From: Mobula hypostoma | Taxonomy: Eukaryota | Assembly (NCBI RefSeq): GCF_963921235.1 | Contig: NC_086100.1 | Span: 201,998,001-202,062,000 of the forward strand | DNA: 64,000 nucleotides | Direction: 5' to 3' | Shown here: positions 47,060-59,186 of the stretch, in pieces | Layout of the letters: every line of letters begins with the position of its first letter | Numbering within the stretch: position 1 is the stretch's first letter | Notes under the pieces: model-generated | Databases searched by the model: none | What the model saw: only the letters and a program-made list of their open reading frames with translations | Told to the model about the DNA's origin: nothing | Made by a program: the position numbers and the translations under genes

Positions 47060-48050
47060 TCATGGACCAGGGCATTTATTTCAAGGTGATTGGGATAGAT
47101 TTAACAGGAGTTAATTGGGAACAGCGGTTTTCAGGCCACATCTGGCAGATGCTGGTAAGACCTCAGACAAAGTCAGGAATCAAAAGGTTGCTCAGGGCAT
47201 GGATCAACAACTGGAATTATGATACTGTAGCTATTAGTGAGATGTGTCGCCGGAGGGACAGGACTTGCGGCTCAATATTCCAGGGTTCCGTTGTTTTAGA
47301 CGTGACAGAGTGGGAGGGATGGCGTTGGGGCAATGCTCAGCCAGAACAGAATGGAGAACTTGTCTAGTGAGCGTTACAGGGGGAACTGAGAAATTAAAAA
47401 AGTATTACCATGTTAAAGGGACTATATTACGGACCACCTAACAGTCTTAGGGATTGAGACAAACAACTTTGTAGAGAGATTGCAGACTGTTGGAAGAAAC
47501 ACAAGGTTATTACAGTAGGTGATGTTAACTTTCCGCATACTGACTGGGAATCCCATATGGTCAAAGGACTAGATGGGATAGAGTTTGTTACCGTGTTCAT
47601 GAGAATTTCCTTCATCAGGTGTAGAAGTCCCAATGAGAGAGTGTGCAATACTTGATCTGCTATTAGGAAATGAAACAGGGCAGGTTTGTGTAAAGGAACA
47701 CTTTGCATCTAGTCATCAGAATGCTATTAAGCAAATATGCAAAAAAGATAGAATCTCAACCTGGAGATCAGACCTAAATGGGAGAAAGGCCAGTTTTGCT
47801 GGCAAAAGTGTACTTGGTAAGGGGGAGGCTTTCAAAAAGAGAGATTTTGAGTCCAAAGCTGGTATGTGCCTGTCAGAATAAAGGTGTAGGACAGCTTGGT
47901 TTTCAAGAGATGTTGAGGCCCTGGTTAAAAGGAAAAAAAAGAGAAGCACAGTAGGTATAGGCAGGTTTGAACAAATGAGGTGCTTACGGAGTCCAAGAAA
48001 TGCAAGGCAACATTTAAGAAAGATAGAAAAAACAAACGTAAAAGACATAA
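47060..48050 (+). mobile_element. Heavily decayed CR1 endonuclease-region fragments
   Basis: WNYD.VAISE, LNIPGFRCFRRDR and AILDLLLGNE remnants. Confidence 0.75.
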
Positions 48051-51000
48051 AAGCTGCAGTAGCCAGATCTCTGGCACTGGGTCTGGCTCTGCAGTGCAGA
48101 AGGGAGGGGGGAAAAGAGGAGAGCGGTAGTGATAGGGGACTCGATAGTTAGAGGTGCAGACAGGAGGTTCTGTGGTCATGCCAGAGAATCCAGGATGGTT
48201 TGTTGCCTCCTGGGTACCAGGGTCAAGGATGTCTCTGATCGATTGCATGACATTCTGAAGTGGGAGGGCGACCAGCCAGATGTCGTGGTGCACATCGGTA
48301 CCAATGACATAGCAAGGAAGAGTGAGTATAGAGAGCTTGGTAGGAAGTTGAAAAGCAGGACCTCGAGGGTGGTAATCTCAGGATTGCTACCTGTGCTACG
48401 TGCCAGTGAGGGTAGGAATAGGAAGCTCTGGAGGATGAACAAGTGGCTGAGGAACTGGTGTAGGGGCAGCGTTTCAGATTTCAGGATCATTGGGACCTCT
48501 TCTGGGGTAGGTGGGACCTGTACAAGAGAGACGGGTTACACTTGAACTACAGGGGGACCAATATCCTTTCAGGGAGGTTTGTTAGTGCCATTGGGGGGGC
48601 TTTAAACTAGATTTGCAGGGGGATGGGAACCAGCGTGCCAGAGCTGACAGTGGGGCTGGGGTGAAAAATGAACTTTTAACATAATTTAAGCAAAGCCACA
48701 AATAGAAAGGTTGTGAGTGGTGGTAAAAATCTTCTGAAGTGTATATATTTCAATGCTAGGAGTATTGCGGGGAAGGCGGACGAGTTGGGGGCGTGGATTG
48801 ACACGTGGAATTATGACTTTATAGCAATTAGTGAAACTTGGCTACAGGAGGGGCAGGACTGGCAGCTTAATATTCCAGGGTTCCGATGTTTCAGATGTGA
48901 TCAAGGCAGAGGAATGAAAGGTGGGGGAGTAGCATTGCTTGTCAGGGAAAATATTACAGCAGTGCTCAGGCAGGACAGATTAGAGGGCTTGTCTACTGAG
49001 TCCTTATGGGTGGAGCTGAGAAACAGGAAAGGTATGGCCACATTAGTGGGGTTGTATTATAGACCACCCAATAGTCAGCGAGAATTGGAGGAGCAAATCT
49101 GCAGAGAGACAGCAGGCAACTGCAGGAAACATAAAGTTGTGGTGGTAGGGGATTTTAATTTTCCATATATTGATTGGGTCTCCCACACTGTTAGGGGTCT
49201 AGATGGTTTAGAGTTTGTAAAATGTGTTCAGGAAAGTTTTCTAAATCAATATATAGAGGTACCAACTAGAGGGGATGCGATATTAGATCTCCTATTAGGG
49301 AACAAGTTAGGACAAGTGACGGAAGTGTGTGTAGGGGAGCACAAAGGGAACATTGGGGGGGCTTCTTCACACAGAGCACAGTGATCATAACACCATGTCC
49401 ACTCTCTCAACTTGTCCAAGTCCTCCTACAGACTCCCTGCATCTGCAACATTACATGTTCCTCTACCTATCTTGGTATTACCTGCAAACTTGGTGACAAT
49501 GTCATCAGTTTCTTGATCCAGATCAATAACACTTGATCATGGACAAGGATAGATCTGGTCCTAGGGTTGAGGTTCTAAACTGGAAGGCGGCCAAATTTGA
49601 AGAAATGAGAAAGGAGCTAAAAAGCATGGATTGGGACAGGTTGTTCACTGGCAAAGATGTGATCGGTAGGTGGGAAGCCTTCAAAGGAGAAATTTTGAGA
49701 ATGCAGAATTTGTATGTTCCTGTCAGGATTGAAGGCAAAGTGAATAGGAATAAGGAACCTTGGTTCTCAAGGGATATTACAACTCTGATAAAGAAGAAGA
49801 GGGAGTTGTATAACATGTATAGGAAACAGGGAGTAAATAAGGTGCTTGAGGAGTATAAAAAGTGCAAGAAAGTACTTAAGAAGGAAATTAGGAGGCTAAA
49901 GAAAGAAATTAGGAAGGCTAAAAGAAGACATGAGGTTGCCTTGGCAGTCAAAGTGAAGGATAATCCATAAAGCTTTTACAGGTATATTAAGAGTAAAAGG
50001 GTTGTAAGGGATAAAAGAGAGGCTTTGAGGAAAGAGAAGTAGAATAAACGGTGTAAAGACAGTAAGGTAGAAGGGCTGAAATGTGTGTACCTCAATGCAA
50101 GAAGCATCAGGAACAAAGGTGATGAACTGAGAGCTTGAATACATACATGGAATTATGATGTAGTGGCTATTACAGAGACTTGGCTGGCACCAGGGCAGGA
50201 ATGGATTCTCAATATTCCTGGATTTCAGTGCTTTAAAAGGGATAGAGAGGGCGGAAAAAGGGGAGGAGGGGTGGCATTACTGGTCAGGGATACTATTACA
50301 GCTACAGAACCAGGATCCTCTTTTGAGTCAATAATGGGTGGAAGTCAGGAACAGGAAGAGAGCAGTTACTCTACTGGGGGTATTCTATAGGTCCCCTGGT
50401 AGCAGCAGAGATACAGGGGAGCAGATTGGGAGGCAGATTTTGGAAAGGTGCAAAAATAACAGGGTTGTTATCATAGGTGACTTTAACTTCCCTAATATTG
50501 ATTGGCACCTGATTAGTTCCAAGGGTATAGATGGGGCAGAATTTATTAAGTGTGTCCAGGATGGATTCCTGTCACAGTATGTGGACAGGCCGAAAGGGGA
50601 ATGCCATACTAGATCTAGTACTAGGTAATGAACCGGGTCAGGTCACAGATCTCTCAGTGGGTGAGCATCTGGGGGACAGTGACCACCGCTCCCTGGCCTT
50701 TATAATTATCATGGAAAAGGATAGAATCAAAGAGGACAGGAAAATTTTTAATTGGGGAAAGGCAAATTATGAGCCTATAAGGCTAGAACTTGCGGGTGTG
50801 AATTGGGATGATGTTTTTGCAGGGAAATGTACTATGGACATGTGGTCGATGTTTAGAGATCTCTTGCGGGATGTAAGGGATAAATTTGTCCCAGTGAGGA
50901 AGATAAAGAATGGTAGGGTGAAGGAACCATGGGTGACAAGTGAGGTGGAAAATCTAGTCAGGTGGAAGGAGGCATGAGGTTTAGGAAGCAAGGATCAGAT

Positions 51001-54000
51001 GGGTCTATTGACGAATATAGGGAAGCAAGAAAGCTTAAGAAGGGGCTGAGAAGAGCAAGAAGGGGGCATGAGAAGGCCTTGGCGAGTAGGGTAAAGGAAA
51101 ACCCCAAGGCATTCTTCAATTATGTGAAGAACAAAAGGATGACAGGAGTGAAGGTAGGACCGATTAGCGATAAAGGTGGGAAGATGTGCCTGGAGGCTGT
51201 GGAAGGGAGCGAGGTCCTCAATGAATACTTCTCTTCGGTATTCACCAATGAGAGAGAACTTGATGATGGTGAGAACAATATGAGTGAGGTTGATGTTCTG
51301 GAACATGTTGATATTAAGAGAGAGGAGGTGTTGGAGTTGTTAAAATACATTAGGACAGATAAGTTCCCAGGGCCTGACGGAATATTCCCCAGGCGGCTCC
51401 ACGAGGCGAGAGAAGAGATTGCTGAGCCTCTGGCTAGGATCTTTATGTCCTCGTTGTCCACGGGAATGGTACCGGAGGACTGGAGGGAGGCGAATGTTGT
51501 CCCCTTGTTCAAAAAAGGTAGTAGGGATAGTCCGGGTAACTGTAGACCAGTGAGTCTTACGTCTGTGGTGGGAAAGCTGTTGGAAAAGATTCTTAGAGAT
51601 AGGATCTATAGGCATTTAGAGAATCATGGTCTGATCAGGGACAGTCAGCATGGCTTTGTGAAGGGCAGATCGTGTCTAACAAGCCTGATAGAGTTCTTTG
51701 AGGAGGTGACCAGGCATATAGATGAGGGTAGTGTAGTGGATGTGATCTATATGGATTTTAGTAAGGCATTTGACAAGGTTCCACACGGTAGGCTTACTCA
51801 GAAAGTTAGAAGGCATGGGATCTAGGGAAGTTTGGCCAGGTGGATTCAGAATTGGCTTGCCTGCAGAAGGCAGAGGGTCGTGGTGGAGGGAGTACATTCA
51901 GATTGGAGGATTGTGACTAGTGGTGTCCCACAAGGATCTGTTCTGGGACCGCTACTTTTCGTGATTTTTATTAACGACCTGCATGTGGGGGTAGAAGGGT
52001 GGGTTGGCAAGTTTGCAGACGACACAAAGGTTGGTGGTGTTGTAGATAGTGTAGAGGATTGTCAAAGATTGCAGAGAGACATTGATAGGATGCAGAAGTG
52101 GGCTGAGAAGTGGCAGATGGAGTTCAACCCGGAGAAGTCTGAGGTGGTACACTTTGGAAGGACAAACTCCAAGGCAGAGTACAAAGTAAATGGCAGGATA
52201 CTTGGTAGTGTGGAGAAGCAGAGGGATCTCGGGGTACATGTCCACAGAACCCTGAAAGTTGCCTCACAGGTGGATAGGGTAGTTAAGAAAGCTTATGGGG
52301 TGTTAGCTTTCATAAGTCGAGGGATAGAGTTTAAGAGTCGCGATGTAATGATGCAGCTCTATAAAACTCTGGTTAGGCCACACTTGGAGTATTGTGTCCA
52401 GTTCTGGTCACCTCACTATAGGAAGGATGTGGAAGCATTGGAAAGGGTACAGAGGAGATTTACCAGGATGCTGCCTGGTTTAGAAAGTATGCATTATGAT
52501 CAGAGATTAAGGGAGCTAGGGCTTTACTCTTTACTCTTTGGAAAGAAGGAGGATGACAGGAGACATGATAGAGGTGTACAAGATAATAAGAGGAATAGAT
52601 AGAGTGGATAGCCAGCGCCTCTTCCCCAGGGCACCACTGTTTAATACAAGAGGACATGGCTTTAAGGTAAGGGGTGGGAAGTTCAAGGGGGATATTAGAG
52701 GAAGGTTTTTTACTCAGAGAGTGGTTGGTGCGTGGAATGCACTGCCTGAGTCAGTGGTGGAGGCAGATACACTAGTGAAGTTTAAGAGACTACTAGACAG
52801 GTATATGGAGGAATCTAAGGTGGGGGCTTATATGGGAGGCAGGGTTTGAGGGTCGGCACAATATTGTGGGCCAAAGGGCCTGTACTGTACTGTACTATTC
52901 TATGTTCTATGTTCTATGTAAAATTGGCCCTCTTGAAGATCAGAGTGGTCAGCTATGTGCGGAACCAAAAGAAATGGGGGAGATCTTAAATGGGTTTTTT
53001 GCATCTGTATTTACTAAGGAAACTGGCATGAAGTCTATGGAATTAAGGAAAACAAGTAGTGAGATCATGGAAACTGTACAGATTGAAAAGGAGGAGGTGC
53101 TTGCTATCTTGAGGCAAATTAAAGTGGATAAATCCCCAGGACCTGACAGGGTGTTCTCTCGGACCTTGAAGGAGACAAGTGTTGAAATTGCAGGGGCCTT
53201 GGCAGATATATTTAAAATGTCGCTGTCTACGGGCGAGGTGCCAGAGGATTGGAGAATGGCTCATATTGTTCCGTTGTTTAAAAAAAGATCGAAAAGTAAT
53301 CCGGGAAATTATAGGCTGGTAAGTTTGACGTCGGTAGTGGGTAAGTTATTGGAGGGAGTACTAAGAGACAGAATCTACAAGCATTTGGATAGACAGGGAC
53401 TTATTAGGGAGAGTCAACATGGCTTTGTGCGTGGTAGGTCATGTTTGACCAATCTATTGGAGTTTTTCAAGGAGGTTACCAAGAAAGTGGATGAAGGGAA
53501 GGCAGTGGATGTTGTCTACATGGATTTCAGTAAGGCCTTTGACAAGGTCCCGCATGGGAGGTTGGTTAGGAAAATTTAGTCACTAGGTATACATGGAGAG
53601 GTAGTAAGTTGGATTAGACATTGGCTCAGTAGAAGAAGCCAAAGAGTGGTAGTAGAGGATTGCTTCTCAAAGTGGAGGCCTGTAACTAGTGGTGTGCCAC
53701 AGGGATCAGTGCTGGGTCCATTGTTATTTGTCATCTATATCAATGATCTGGATGATAATGTGGTAAATTGGATCAGCAAATTTGCTGATGATACAAAGAT
53801 TGGAGGTGTAGTGGACAGTGAGGAAGGTTTTCAAAGTTTGCAGAGGGATTTGGACCAGCTGGAAAAATGGGCTGAAAAATGGCAGATGGAGTTTAATACA
53901 GACAAGTGTGAGGTATTGCACTTTGGAAGGACAAACCAAGGTAGAACATACAGGGTTAATGGTAAGGCACTGAGGAGTGCAGTGGAACAGAGGGATCTGG

Positions 54001-54700
54001 GAATACAGATACAAAATTCCCTAAAAGTGGCGTCACAGGTAGATAGAGTTGTAAAGAGAGCTTCTGGTACATTGGCCTTTAATAATCAAAGTATTGAGTA
54101 TAAGAGCTGGAATGTTATGATGAGGTTGTATAAGGCATTGGTGAGGCCGAATCTGGAGTATTGTGTTCCGTTTTGGTCACCAAATTACAGGAAGGATATA
54201 AATAAGGTTGAAAGAGTGCAGAGAAGGTTTACAAGGATGTTGCCGGGACTTGAGAAACTCAGTTACAGAGAAAGGTTGAATAGGTTAGGATTTTATTCCC
54301 TGGAGTGTAGAAGAATGAGGGGAGATTTGATAGAGGTATATAAAATTATGATGGGTATAGATAAGAGTGAATGCAAGCAGGCTTTTTCCACTGAGGCAAG
54401 GGGAGAAAAAAACCAGAGCACATGGGTTAAGGGTGAGGGGGGAAAAGTTTAAAGGGAACATTAGGGGGGGGCTTCTTCACACAGAGAGTGGTGGGAGTAT
54501 GGAATGAGCTGCCAGACGAGGTGGTAAATGCGGGTTCTTTTTTAACATTTAAGAATAAATTGGACAGATACATGGATGGGAGGTGTATGGAGGGATATGG
54601 TCCGTGTGCAGGTCAGTGGGACTAGGCAGAAAATGGTTCGGCACAGCCAAGAAGGGCCAAAAGGCCTGTTTCTGTGCTGTAGTTTTTCTATGGTTTTATG
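48050..54700 (+). mobile_element. Near full-length decayed CR1 (ORF1 C-terminus to 3' tail), interrupted at about 49343-49530 and 50017-52918
   Basis: GDSIVRG/HIGTND, CIYFNARS, RD|KIGPLEDQ continuity across the insert, FADD, TTCTATG tail near 54690. Confidence 0.92.
50017..52918 (+). mobile_element. CR1 (whole ORF2 region, decayed) nested in the previous CR1
   Basis: (TTCTATG)n tail at about 52897-52918. TAAAA duplicated at 50012-50016 and 52919-52923. Confidence 0.92.
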
Positions 54701-55079
54701 ATCTATCCAAAAAATATCGACCAAAGGAGCATTGTACAGAGGCACCATCTTGACTGAACCTCATGGTGAACAGGCTGATGGATGGGGTGTGAGCTGACTT
54801 CAACTCCGTTTCACCAGTTAAAGCAACGAAGGAGACTGAAGCGTCAAGGAGATTGCGGAAGGTGAGCACTAGCTGCCTGCCTTTTGACCGCTGGGGATCA
54901 CGGCTACCGGAGCGGGACCCGGGGAGGCAGATTTCGGGGACGTGGGCCTGTTCTGTTTTTGTGTGGGGAGGAGAGGTTTCAGGGTTGATGGTGCTCCCTT
55001 TCTTGGTTTCAGGGCTACTTGGAGAAAAATTTCAGAATTGCATACATTGATAATAAATGAACCTTTCAACCCTTTTTTT

Positions 55080-58000
55080 CGTCTGATTCTTAGGGATGGG
55101 ATTTCTGAGCACTTGGAAAACCATGGTCTAATTGGGGAGAGCTTTAGAGTTACAGAGAACTACAGCACAGAAACAGGACCTTCAGCCCCTCTAGTCCATA
55201 CCAAAACCATTTAAACTGGCTACTCCCGGCGACCTGCACTGGGACCATAGCCCTCCATACTGGCAGCTCATTGCATGCGCTCACAAGCTCAAAGTGAGGA
55301 AGTTTCCCCTCATGTTCCCCTTAAACTTCTCACCTTTCACCCTTAACCTATGGCCTCTGGTTGGAGACACACCCAACCTCAGTGGAAAAAGCCTGCTTGT
55401 ATTTATCTATACCCCTCATAATTTAGTATACCCCTATCAATTCTTCTCTCAGTCTTCTACATTCTAAGGAATATAGTCCTAACCTACTCAATCTTTCCTT
55501 ATAACACATGTCCTCCAGACAACATCCTTGTAAAGTTTCTGTATACTTTTTCAACCTTGTGTACATATTTTCCTGTAGGTAGGTGACCAAAACTGCACAT
55601 AATACTCCAAGCAATATACAAAATGCTGGAGGATCTCAACAGGTCTGAAATGTCGAAAGTACTCTTTTCCATGGATGCTGCCTGGCCTGCTGAGTTCCTC
55701 CGGCCTGCTGTGTGTGTTGCTCTGATTTCCAGCATCTGCAGATTTTCTTCCAAATCAGGCCTCACCAAGGTCTTATAGAACTTCAACGTAACATCCCATC
55801 TCCTGTACTTAATATATTGATTTATGAAGGCCGATGTGCCAAAAGCTTTCTTTATGACCCTATTGAACACTTTCAACGAATTATGGACGTGTATTCCCAG
55901 ATCTCTTTGTTCTACCACACTGCCAAACCGTTCACTCTGTAAGACCTACTGAAATGCAAAACCTAGCACTAGCTGCATTAAATTCCATCTGATATTTTTC
56001 AGCCCATTTTCCCAGCTGATGCAGATCCCGCTGTAAGACACGTTCGCCTTCCTCACTGTCCACTACACCCCCTATCGTGGTGTCATCCACAAATTTGTTG
56101 GTTCAGTTAACCACATTTTCATCCAGATCATTGATATAGATGACAAACAACAATGGACCCAGCACCGATCCCTGAGGCACACCACTAGTCACAGGCCTCC
56201 AGTCAGAGAGGCAAACATCTACTCCCACTCTCTGGTTTCTCCCACAAAGCTGATATCTAATCCAATTTACTACCTCATCTTGAATGCCGAGTGCCCGAAC
56301 CTTCCTGATCAGCCTCCCATGCGGGACCTTGTCAAATGTCTTACTAAAGTCTATGTAGACATCTACTGGCCTGCCTTCATCAACTTTCCTGGTAATTTCC
56401 TCTAAAAACTCCTTAAGATCGGTTAGACACAACCTACCACACACGAAGCCATGCTGACTATCCATAATCAGTCCATGTCTATCCAAATACTTCTATTTCT
56501 GATCCCTTAGAATACCTTCCAATAACTTTCCCACAACTGATGTCAGTCACCAGCCTATAATTTCCTGGTTTATGCTTAGACCTTTCTTTAAACAGCAAAA
56601 CAATATTGGCTATCCTCCAATCCTCTGGTACTTGTCCTGTCACGATCGATGTATTTAAATATCTGCTAGGGCCCCAGAAATTGCCTCCCGTAGGGTCCGA
56701 GGGAACACCCTGTCAGGCCCCAAGGATTTATCTACCCTGATTTCCCTCGAGGTAGCTCCTCTGTAATCTGTACAGGTTCCATGAAATCAATGCTGCTTGG
56801 CCTCTCTTCTATAGACTCTGTGTCCGTCTCCTGAGTAAATACAGATGCAAAAATTTTTCACATTTTGTGCAGAGCAAGTCATTTTTTATTAACAATTTTT
56901 TCGATGAGGTGATGAGTGTGATCGCTGTGGATGTTGTCTACATGGATTTCAGTAAGGCCTTTGACAAGGTCCCTCATGGGAAGCTCATCAAGAAGATGAA
57001 GATGCATGGGATCCATGGTGAATTGCTGACCTACAGAGGGTAGTGTTTGAAGAGACCTATTCTAACTGGAGATCTGTGATTAATGGTGTTCCACACGGAT
57101 CTGCAGAACGGAGTCACAGAACAGTACAGCTCAGAAACTAGCCCTTCACTCTGTGAAGTGGTAGGTCAAATGTAAAGAGACAGTACATTGTCACGGGCAA
57201 GATCCTTAACCGTGTTGATGAGCAGAAGGGTTTTGAAGTTCAAGTTCATAGCTCGCAGGAAGTGGTTACGAAGGTTGATCGGGTGGTTGATAAGGCTTGT
57301 AGCATACTTGAGTTTGTTAGTCAAGGCACTAAGTTCAATAGTAAATTATGTTGCAGATTTATAAAACTCAAGTTAGGCCACATCTGGAGTTTTGCATACG
57401 GCTCTGGTCAGCCCATTACAAGAAGAATGTCGAGGCTTTGGAGAAGGTGTTGAAGAGGTGCCTAGATTAGAGGGCGTGTGCCATAGCAAAAGGTTGGGCA
57501 AAGTTGTGTTGTTTCCTCTGGAGCCACAGAGACTGACAGCAGATCTGAAAGAGGTTTTCTAACATTATGAGAGGCGCAGATAGAGTAGGCAGACAGTATC
57601 TTTTTCCAAGGCTTGAAATGTCTAGTACCAGAGGGCATGCACTTAGGGTGAGAGGGGGTAGGTTCAAAGGAAATATGAAGGGATGCTTTTTTTTAAATCA
57701 CAGAATAGTGGGTGTCTAGAATGTCCTGACTGGGCCAGTGGTAAAGGCAGATACATTAGAGATTTTTAAGAGACATTTAGAATGTGAGGGATATGGACAT
57801 TGTGCAGGCACATGAATGTGAGGGATATGGACATTGTGCAGGCACAAGAGATCAGTTTAGTTGGCCATTATTAATTTATTGTGGGCCATGGTGTCTGTTC
57901 CTGTCCTGTACTGTTCGCTGTTCTACTGTACGTTCCTATAATGAGGGGACCATAACTAAGCCGAATACTGTGAGTGGTCTCCCCAGGATTCTATAGAGCT

Positions 58001-58315
58001 GCAACATTACCTCACAGCTCCTGTTGTCAATCCCCTGACTAATGAAGGCCAACACGTCTGGCAACTATCAGGAACCTATGGATGTGGATGACAGGATCTG
58101 CAAGTTCCTGCGCACTACTAAGAATCCTTACATTAACCCAGTATTCTGCCTTCAAATTCAACTTTCCAAAATGAATCACCACATTTTTCCGGGTTAAGCT
58201 CCATCTGTCACTTCTCAGTCCAGCTCTGCGACCTGTCAGTGTGCTGTTCTAACTCACGACAACCTTCTACATTATCAACGTGTCATCGGCCTTCATGTCA
58301 TCTGCAAACTTACTT
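55080..58315. mobile_element. Cluster of old CR1 fragments (minus about 55145-56860, plus about 56870-57935, minus about 57940-58315) with a Penelope-derived piece at about 55612-55750
   Basis: Degenerate RT motifs ([25 protein letters not shown]) on both strands. Confidence 0.82.
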
Positions 58316-58378
58316 CTGCCCTGCAGATTTAGTCCCGACACAGTGCCAATCACACGGACACAGAGAAGCGCAACTTAC

Positions 58379-58501
58379 CGTCAGGGCCAGGGGCGTCCCT
58401 GAATCTCACAGGTGGTGGACAAGGCCCCGGCAGGTCAGGTCTGAGGTAGTTCCGGTTGTGAGGAGCAGGTCCTCGGCCACCAACTTCCCACGGCGCCAGG
58501 A
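58379..58501 (-). CDS. Candidate internal exon of an unidentified gene convergent with DCTN1, LAPWEVGGRGPAPHNRNYLRPDLPGPCPPPVRFRDAPGPD
   Basis: Minus strand TGCTTTGTTTTCCAG acceptor and G|GTAAGT donor, 123 nt. Only the phase-1 frame is open. Unique CpG-retaining island among repeats. Confidence 0.7.
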
Positions 58502-59186
58502 CTGGAAAACAAAGCAGCATACGCAAGCTTAAGCACAGCCCAGCACGGGGACTTAAACGCACACACACATGGGGTTAAATATGAGCAGATGATCATCCCA
58601 GCCACACACGTAGCTAAATAAAAGGTGAAAGCAGGGGAGTGGGGATGACTGGATGAAGTGGATCAGCCCATGATTGAATGGCAGAGCAGACTCGATGGGC
58701 TGAATGGCCTACTTCTGCTCCTAAATCTTATGGTCTTACGAGGAGATTAAGCAATTGCAGAAGCGTCTAGGGTTTGAGTGGGGAAGGAGGCTCGATAGCT
58801 TTGCCTCGAAAGGATTCAGCCATGAGAGGCGGCGCCTGAAGTCGACCAAGCAAGTTTCTTTCTCAGGGTAGTGGGATGGTGAGGAAGGCAAATGTGATAT
58901 TATCGTTCATTTCAAGAGGACTAGAATATAAAAGCAAGAATGTAATGTTGAGACTTTATAAAGCAAAGGAGTGGCCTCGATTGGAGTATTCTGAGCAGTT
59001 TTTGGGCACCTTGTCTTGAAAAGGATGTGTTGAAACTGGAGTGTTCAAAGGAGGTTCACAAAAATGTTTCCAGGTTTAAATGGCTTTTCATGACTAGATA
59101 CTAGACACTAGTCCGTAAGACAAAGGAGCAGAAGTCGGCCATTCGGCCCATCGAGTCTGCTCCGCCATTCCATCATGAGCTGACAC

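Noticed and set aside
54740..55075. Possible SINE or LINE-tail-like segment (similar one at about 62590-62855)
   Set aside because: It ends in an AATAAA-type tail, but I cannot identify pol III boxes or TSDs, so it is left unannotated.
57781..57846. Tandem duplication of about 34 bp
   Set aside because: Slippage inside a dead CR1 3' end; no functional signal.
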